Origin: Rebecca billardiae RCC1528
Taxonomy: Eukaryota; Protista; Haptophyta
NCBI GenBank assembly: GCA_965240325.2
Contig: OZ251237.1
Location: 1,426,001 to 1,490,000, forward strand
Length of the DNA stretch: 64,000 nt
Direction of reading: 5' to 3'
Each line of letters begins with the position of its first letter. Positions within the stretch are counted from its first letter, which is position 1. Shown here piece after piece: positions 56,846-64,000 of this stretch. Both the position numbers and the translations under genes were made by a program. The notes under the pieces were generated by a model, which saw only the letters and a list, made by a program, of their open reading frames with translations, made no database searches and had not been told where the DNA came from.

Positions 56846-58695
56846 ATGCACGCCTCACCGGCGTCGGTCGACCCTGAGGAGAAGCGCTCGCTCCTCGCAC
56901 CCAGCCCGCGGGAGTACTATCCTGACTCAGCTGCCCAGCTGGCAGGTGTGGGCGCGGTGAGGGCGCTCGTCCAGCGCCGACTACATCGGTGCAACGTGCG
57001 CACGGCGCTGGTCGCGACGCTCACGGCGGCAGTCGTGCTGCTCCTGGCCGGCGAGTACGTGTGCGTCAACCCTCTCCGCGAGCAGCTCCTTCGGCTGCCG
57101 CGCTGCCCGCCGGCAGCAGCTGGGAGCGCCAACGGGCTCGCACCGATCGACACAATTGCGCCGCGGGCACCGCCAAATCCGCTCCGCCTGCCCAACGACA
57201 AGAGGCACGTCCTCATCACAGGAGGTGCGCGATGCCCGTGACGCATGCCCGCGCGCTCGACGCGCGTCGAGGCGCCCGGCGGCCCCACGCGCTCCCCCGC
57301 TCGCACGCCGCACGCACGCCTCACCACGTCTGCCGCCCGTGCCGCCGCGCCCCGCACCCCGGCCCGGCGCACGCAGGAGCGGGCTTCGTGGGGTTCCACC
57401 TGGCGCAGCGGCTGGCGAGCGAGGGGCGCCCCGTGATCGCGCTCGACGACTTCAACCCGTACTACTCCTCCGCGCTCAAGCGCGACCGCGCGCTGCAGCT
57501 GCAGAACCTGTACGGTCCGCTCGTGCGGATCGTGGACGGCGACCTGTGCGACGGCGCGCTGCTCCGGCGGTTACTCTCGGAGTTCAGCCCGAGCCACGTG
57601 GTGAACCTCGCGGCGCAGGCGGGCGTGCGGTACTCGCTGCAGCAGCCGCAGGCGTACGTGCGCGCCAACGTGCGCTGCTTCATCGAGCTGCTCGAGGCGC
57701 TCAGGCAGCGGCCGAGCACAAAGCTCGTGTACGCCTCATCCTCCTCCGTGTACGGCTCGAACAAAGACTCGCCGTTCGCCGAGGTGCAGCGCGTGGACAA
57801 CCCGAACTCGCTGTACGCTGCGACGAAGAAGGTGCGCCGCCGACGCCGCGCCGGCCGCGCGCGCCCGCCCGCCGCCTGCTGCCGCTGCTGCTGCGCGCGC
57901 GTGCGCGCGCGCACGCACCCCGGGTCACACGGCGGGACCCTTTTGGCTGACTGCTGGCTGACTGCATCCATGCGTCCCCGCCTGCTGCGCCGCCGCCGCT
58001 GCGCCGGCCATCGTAGGCCAACGAGGCGATGGCGATGGTGTACCACAAGCTGTACAACATCTCGACGACCGGCCTGCGCTTCTTCACCGTGTACGGCCCG
58101 TGGGGCCGTCCGGACATGGCGTACTTCTCGTTCGCGTACAAGATGACGAAAGGGCTGCCCGTGCAGGTGTACGGCCACGGCAAGCCGCAGCGCGACTTCA
58201 CGTACATCGACGACATCGTGACGGGCGTGGTCGGGGCGATGGCGCTCGGTGCGCGCGCACAACGGCGGCGCGGCTGCCCCGCGCACGCGCGCCGCGCCTC
58301 GCACCGTCCGCGCGCGCCGCCGCCGCCACTTCGCCCCCGGCAGTCGGATCTGAAACCCGCATGTCACCCTCGCCCCCGCCCACGCAGGCGCGCCCTATGA
58401 GGTGTTCAACCTGGGCAATAACGAGCCAGTGGGCCTGCTGTACTTCATCCGCGCGCTCGAGAAGGAGCTCGGCGTGACCGCCCAGCTCAACTTCACCGAC
58501 ATGGCGCCCGGAGACGTGCTCTCCACGCATGCCGACGTCGAGCGCGCGCACCGCCTGCTTGGGTACAAGCCGACGACAAGCATCGAGGAGGGGCTCCGGA
58601 AATTCGTCGCGTGGTTCAAGAGCCCGCTCTTCAAGGATGTGTATGCGACCGAGGGCTTGTGGCGCACTGGAAAAGCGTGGGATCGGTACTCGTGA
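56846..58695 (+). CDS. GAE: UDP-glucuronate 4-epimerase, type II membrane form
   Basis: N-terminal TM; VLITGGAGFVGFH, NLAAQAGVRYS, YASSSSVYG, YAATKKANE, GLRFFTVYGPWGRPDMAY, RDFTYIDDIV. Exons 56846-57224, 57377-57831, 58017-58248, 58388-58695. Confidence 0.95.
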
Positions 58696-59194
58696 TTACG
58701 CCGCCACGTGGCTGATCACGGAGTCTGGACCACCGTGTCTTCGATCAGATGCGCAGCTTCCGCCTACGTACAACTGCGCGCTCATCAGCTGAGTTGCATG
58801 CACGTATAGTCGTAGTTGTAGTTACTGCTGCGCGCTTCCGCCGCCTGCTAGCTGCTGCTTTATTATAATAATATATTTGCTAGGTGAGCTCGCCCGCGGA
58901 CGCCGGCGGGGGTCGTCGCCGGTATGTGGACGGTAGCCCACTCTGTAGTCTCTGGTCGACTGGTTGCCCCGCGTAGGGCGAGCGTGGACGCACCAACGGT
59001 ACGACTGTGCCGAACACCTCATCATCGCCATTGGCATTGCCATCGGAGTCTGCTCGGGCCATACCATACAACGGCCGCCACTCCATCGTCGTATTTGCCG
59101 TGGCGGGCGGCTCGCGCAGCATCTGCCACACGCGCGGGTCAGGGTGAGGGTCCAGCCTGAGTGCATCTCGCAGCTCGTCAAAGTTCCAGATCGC

Positions 59195-60133
59195 TCAGCG
59201 ATGCGGCTTCGGCTTGGGGCGGCTGGGGCTGCCAGGGCTCGTTCTGGGGCCGAGCACTTCTCGCAGGATGACGTGATCGGGAAGCGGTTCGTCGTGCCCA
59301 AGGGTGCGTAGTAGCCGCCTGAAACCGGCGATGCTCACGTTGGCCAGCTCAGGTGTGTGCGTCCCGAGGTAGAGCTCCTCGTACGCCAGCGGAACGATCG
59401 GTGCAGGGCCCAGGCCGAGAAGCTGCATCTGTCGCGCCATCGCCTCAGGCGCCTCCTTGCCCACCGCTGCGTGCAGGAACTCCAGCGCCCACGTAACGCT
59501 GACATTGGCGTATACCTGGGTGTTGAACGGATCATACCGGTTCACACGGCACACTTCATACGTTCCGGCACGCCTTGTTGTGCCAGAACGTTCCTGCACG
59601 ATCAGATGGGCATGCTCACGCGTGGACGCGAAGCATGACATGACAGAGCACACCATGATATCGATGTCGTTGGAGCGATGGAGGAAAGCCACGCGTGCGC
59701 CAAGAGACTTGAGCGCTGGCGCGGCCTCGAGTGCGCGGAACGCTGGCTTCGCCTTGAAGAGGAAAATGGCGTCCAGCTGCCCGCAATACTTTGCGTAGCG
59801 TTGCAGTGAGGCATGCATCCCACGCGGCCCGTCAAGGCCTTCCCGGATCCAGTACAGGTTGTTTGACCGCTGCGCGAGGATTTCCCACTGTTGGCGGCGG
59901 TGCTTGCCCAAGTGGCATATCGGCTTGCCTGTTGCGATGTGCAGCAGGCGCGCTAGGACATCCATCACCCATGTCGACCCTGAGCAGGCTTCAGCGACGA
60001 CGACAAGCGGCGGCTGCGCCCGCTGTAATACGCCTGTGGCCCAGCCGGCGATCGCGGCCAGGACGAGCGCGCGGACGAGTGCGCGGGTGAGGCGACGTCC
60101 AACACGACGAGCCGGCACGTCGTCAGTGCCCAC
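59195..60133 (-). CDS. PAPS-dependent sulfotransferase-like protein (Stf0-type), type II membrane
   Basis: TM anchor, then VVVAEACSGSTW (5'-PSB loop), FLHRSNDIDIMVCS (3'-PB-like) and LAYEEL. No in-frame ATG at the 5' end, so the start is uncertain. Confidence 0.7.
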   Translation of the reverse strand: MGTDDVPARRVGRRLTRALVRALVLAAIAGWATGVLQRAQPPLVVVAEACSGSTWVMDVLARLLHIATGKPICHLGKHRRQQWEILAQRSNNLYWIREGLDGPRGMHASLQRYAKYCGQLDAIFLFKAKPAFRALEAAPALKSLGARVAFLHRSNDIDIMVCSVMSCFASTREHAHLIVQERSGTTRRAGTYEVCRVNRYDPFNTQVYANVSVTWALEFLHAAVGKEAPEAMARQMQLLGLGPAPIVPLAYEELYLGTHTPELANVSIAGFRRLLRTLGHDEPLPDHVILREVLGPRTSPGSPSRPKPKPHR

Positions 60134-60552
60134 GCGCCTAAACTCCTAAAGGTGGCCGCTTCTGAACCTGTGATGGAGGCCCTGCCGCACGCGCCCGTGC
60201 GCGGCGAGGGGTGGAGTGCGGGGCTGGCGGGCGTCGGGGTCGCCTCGAGAGGGTCAATGAGTCCCCCGCCTAAGTGAGGGCCACCGCCTCAGTCGGCCTC
60301 TCCGCGTCGCGCGCGTCGTCGGCGCGCGGGTGCTTTTCGAGCCCTTGTGAAGGCACGCCGAGGTACCGAGCAGTCGGCCACAGTGCGCTGATGCGGCCGC
60401 GGCCACTGGCGGAGCAGCCGCTCGCCAGCTCTACTCGCCCTTTTGGCCTTTTCTCAGTTCTTCAAGAACGAATTTGTTCTGCTCACCAAGGTTGGGCTTG
60501 CCTTCACCTTATTACGGGTACCAGACGTGGCGCGAAGCGGTCATCCTTTACA

Positions 60553-61761
60553 ATGGCCGCCGTGCAGTTCATACTCGTCGTCGTCGCATCTTCGTTATTG
60601 GACGGTAGCGGCCAGGCGCGCAGGGCTCCACGACTGCGGCTGTGCTTGACCGCGCTCTTCGACTACGAGAATCGTACTCTTTACCACTGGCTAGCCTATC
60701 ACGAACTGATAGGCGTGACAGACGTTTGGCTGTACGTCGACGATCGGCCGATCCCTGGCTGGCCCATGCACCCGAGAGACGAGCTGATGAAAAGCTGGCT
60801 GCGCCCGCTGCAAGACTTGTGGCGGCCGTTTGTGCACGTCATCCGATTCAGCGTCGGTAGCATCCGCAGTCAGCGCGAAGCACTTCGGCACTGCCAAAAC
60901 AGCGCCGAATTCAGCCGAGGCGTCATGTGGGTCATGGCGATTGACGCCGACGAGTACTTGGTCATGGGGCCGCCGCGTGGTGAACCACGCAATCTGAACG
61001 GCGCCACGTGGTCACCGTGGAGCGTGAGCGATGCGCTCGCGAGCGTGCCGGAGCACGTCCTCGGGCTCATCGTGCCACGCCGCCTGATCGTGGACGTGTT
61101 CGACGCTTCGACCGGGAGGCCTGAGCACCCGGTGCCGCCCTCACGAGCCGAGGTGGGCGACTTCTTCTTCGAGCCGGGTGTGTACACACGCGCAGACGGC
61201 AGCGCACCGACCTGCCGTGGCAAGGCACTGCTGCGCGTCGGCACGGGAGCGCAGCTGCAGCTTGCCAACCACTTCATCCACAACAGCTCGCGCCACCGCG
61301 TGGCGAGATGGCCGCCCAGGGAGGGCGATGCGTACCCGGCGCCTCTCACCAACCTGCTCGCACTGCCAGCCTGCTCCATGCATTCGCCGAGCACGGCTCT
61401 GCCCGCGGGTATCAAGCCCGCGCCGTCTGAGCGAGCAGCACTCGACAACTACAGCGCACTGCACACCTTTCACTATTTCACACGCTCGCGACGCGAGTGT
61501 GAGCTCAAAGCATACAACCACGGCCACAGCATCGCCGCGACGGTGGGGCGCCACGGCCGGGATAAGCGTCCACGGCACCGCGCAACGAAGGGCACTGGGA
61601 TATGCACGCTGCGCCCGAATTCGACCACCCGCGTTCTTGGGCTCGCAGCCGCTGCGCGGGCGGTCGATGCACTGGTACAGCTCCGCATTTTTGGCAGCAG
61701 TGGCCAAAACTCTCTGCATGGCTCCGGGCGGGCGCCGATCTCCATCCGGCGAGGAAGGTAA
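60553..61761 (+). CDS. GT-A fold glycosyltransferase (GT92/GT2-like)
   Basis: Signal/anchor; CLTALFDYENRTLYHWLAYHELIGVTDVWLYVDD, WVMAIDADEYL (DxDE), KALL, HYFTRSRRE. The stop overlaps a GTAAGT donor. Confidence 0.85.
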   Translation: MAAVQFILVVVASSLLDGSGQARRAPRLRLCLTALFDYENRTLYHWLAYHELIGVTDVWLYVDDRPIPGWPMHPRDELMKSWLRPLQDLWRPFVHVIRFSVGSIRSQREALRHCQNSAEFSRGVMWVMAIDADEYLVMGPPRGEPRNLNGATWSPWSVSDALASVPEHVLGLIVPRRLIVDVFDASTGRPEHPVPPSRAEVGDFFFEPGVYTRADGSAPTCRGKALLRVGTGAQLQLANHFIHNSSRHRVARWPPREGDAYPAPLTNLLALPACSMHSPSTALPAGIKPAPSERAALDNYSALHTFHYFTRSRRECELKAYNHGHSIAATVGRHGRDKRPRHRATKGTGICTLRPNSTTRVLGLAAAARAVDALVQLRIFGSSGQNSLHGSGRAPISIRRGR

Positions 61762-61787
61762 GTTACTACTATACATAATGGCGCACG

Positions 61788-61873
<86 letters not shown>

Positions 61874-61896
61874 AAAGGTCTGAGCGTGAGCGAAAG

Positions 61897-61931
<35 letters not shown>

Positions 61932-61932
61932 G
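61788..61932. mobile_element. Poly(C)-core-poly(G) fold-back insertion flanked by 8-bp direct repeat GGCGCACG
   Basis: C85 (61788-61872), 26-nt core, G32 (61899-61930); GGCGCACG at 61780-61787 and 61933-61940. Confidence 0.6.
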
Positions 61933-62756
61933 GGCGCACGTGCTGGCAGCCGAAAAAGAGGATGCGCATACAGGATTTTGGCGGAGATTTTGTAGGTGGA
62001 TCGATTTAGGTGTGATCAAATTAAAGGCGCATATTTGCGAGAGCATATCACCGGCCCTTGCTCCCCTGATTAGTAGATTTGATTGCGTTTCCATACTGCC
62101 CCTTAAGTTTAATAAGATAGTAAATTGTAATAGAAGAAATTGAAATAAAATACTGAAATACGGGACAAAGTCAGTCAGACATCTCAGCACATCTGTCATC
62201 TCTACCTTTCTACTGATAGTCAAGATTCGCCTGTTGAACTGATTACAAACTGCTGAAACAAGGTCTGAGATATCGAACCGATTCTCTTGAGTCTTGATAG
62301 TCGTTCACTCCTCAGATTCATAAATATAAAAGCGACGAGATGTCATTGCGCGGCGGGTAGCCCGAACCGGCGTTCCGCCGCGCACAGGCGGCCTGATATC
62401 ATACTCCTGCGCTGATATATACTCTTTGTCTACTGATGCGAAGTCAATGCGGGTGGCAATCCATTCTTGTATTATATTTATTACATATAGCTAGTCAGGC
62501 GGTAGTAAGATCTCTCCTGGCAACTCCCTGAAAAGGGTGGCTGGCGGTATCTTTGATTGATGCTATTTCTTTGAAGCGAAACGCCGTCTTTTTTGAGCGT
62601 GCCGCTCTTATTATAATAGGGGCCGACGAATATGTGCCTCAGCAAAAATACCCAGGTGCGTAGCCGTCGGAGCTTACTCCGTACTCGTCTGCTGACCCCA
62701 CTACTGCGGCGGCGACGGCAGATGCCACCGCCGGGCCGAGCGCCTTCCGGAGCACG

Positions 62757-62893
62757 ATCATCACATCATCATCATCATCGTCATCATCATCATCACATCA
62801 TGATCATATCATATCATCATCAATCATCAGGCATCATCATCGTCGTCATATAATTATATCATCATCACACACACACACACACACACACACACC

Positions 62894-62944
<51 letters not shown>

Positions 62945-62945
62945 G
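62757..62945. repeat. Compound microsatellite (CAT)n-(CA)n-(TA)n
   Basis: Degenerate CAT run 62757-62866, CA run 62866-62933, short TA run. Confidence 0.93.
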
Positions 62946-63034
62946 TCTAGCCGTCCTCGAAGCGCCTGCGCCATCCAGATGCAGCGAGGAGGCGAGGCAC
63001 ACGCCGGGCAGGGCGGAGCCACGCATATATATAT

Positions 63035-63939
63035 GTGGCGTTATTGGCACAATAACTGAGTGTCTACGAGCGACACCAAGATCCGGCTCGCTTGGCATCA
63101 TCAACCAGCTGTCCGGCCGGGGCGCCCGCCGCCCAGCGCGCGCAGTCCTGGTCGGACCCCTTTTCGGCAGCCAATCCGGTCGGCACCGGGCACCGCCTGC
63201 AGGACTTGCTCGGCGATTCCTGTTCCATCCGAGGCGACTCTTCTGGCCTCGGCGCGGCTCGGCCCAAGGTACGGGGGCGCCATGACACAAGGCGCCGAGC
63301 CGAGCAGGGGGCCCACGACACCGCACGCTACACTCTCCTCCGACCACTCTTGTGAGCTCGGCACACAGGAGGTGTATACGCTGCTTTGGTAGTCCCCTCT
63401 GCTCGGTGAGGTTGCTGCTGTCAGCGCCTCCGCCCTGCAGCGCCGCACCGCAGCCGCGTCGTCGCTCGTCCGGCATCACATTCTCGTCCAGCAGCTCACG
63501 TGCTGCTGCGTCAGCTCCGCGGCGGCGGTTCACTGTTTGCCCACCCTCCCACCCTCTGTCTGGGATAACGGTGCTGTGCAACCCGTGCTGTCTGGTCAGC
63601 CAGATCGGCCGTCGACCTCCGTGACTGACGGACCTCACGGGCGCCCTCTCGACCACGGGCAGCTGCGCCTCCGCACTGCCCGCGCCCGTCGTTCGTTGGT
63701 AGTACCTTGGGCCGAGCCGCGCCGAGGCCAGAAGAGTCGCCTCGGATGGAACAGGAATCGCCGAGCAAGTCCTGCAGGCGGTGCCCGGTGCCGACCGGAT
63801 TGGCTGCCGAAAAGGGGTCCGACCAGGACTGCGCGCGCTGGGCGGCGGGCGCCCCGGCCGGACAGCTGGTTGATGATGCCAAGCGAGCCGGATCTTGGTG
63901 TCGCTCTTAGACACTCAGTTATTGTGCCAATAACGCCAC
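63035..63939. mobile_element. Long terminal-inverted-repeat element (238-bp arms, ~430-bp interior)
   Basis: 63035-63272 is the reverse complement of 63702-63939, with one mismatch that I could see; no transposase inside. Confidence 0.8.
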
Positions 63940-64000
63940 GTCTAACCACTCCGCCATGCCCTGCTCGCTCGAAGCGTCGAGCACGACCGAGAGCTGGATG

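Noticed and set aside
61141-62223. Poly-Pro/poly-Gly ORFs
   Set aside because: Artefacts of the C and G homopolymers.
1-64000. tRNA, rRNA or snRNA genes
   Set aside because: None recognised by eye; tRNAscan-SE and Infernal would be needed to exclude them.

Overview
Very GC-rich eukaryotic nuclear DNA with short GT-AG introns (mostly GTGCG...GCAG). Bipartite signal+transit presequences point to an alga with a complex plastid, most likely a haptophyte (inference, not a database match). About 21 protein genes are recognisable: Sec61 alpha (3' end), RING/TRAF-ZnF acidic-tail protein, CMC2, AMPK beta, MSS4/RABIF, a divergent SBPase, a small plastid protein, a ~3,080-aa channel with two complete 6TM-pore-CNBD-ankyrin modules, LYRM5/ETFRF1, a small presequence protein with a bL37-like motif, DCAF13/SOF1, two tandem acylated TM+LRR paralogs, LSM7, DNAJC21, a Rossmann-fold/ketopantoate-reductase-like protein, a Sen1/Upf1-like helicase, and a UDP-glucuronate 4-epimerase / sulfotransferase / GT92-like trio. 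Many genes form tight head-to-head pairs. Intergenic DNA holds two large inverted repeats, a repeat-array element, a poly(C)/poly(G) insertion flanked by an 8-bp direct repeat, and probable transposon/pseudogene relics (MULE-like, DNMT-like). Most ORFs in the six-frame track are GC-driven shadows. Best candidates for something undescribed: the asymmetric two-module K+ channel, the XK-like TM+LRR pair, the sulfated-uronate glycan trio and the bL37-like organellar protein. All family calls come from motif recognition by eye; no searches were run.
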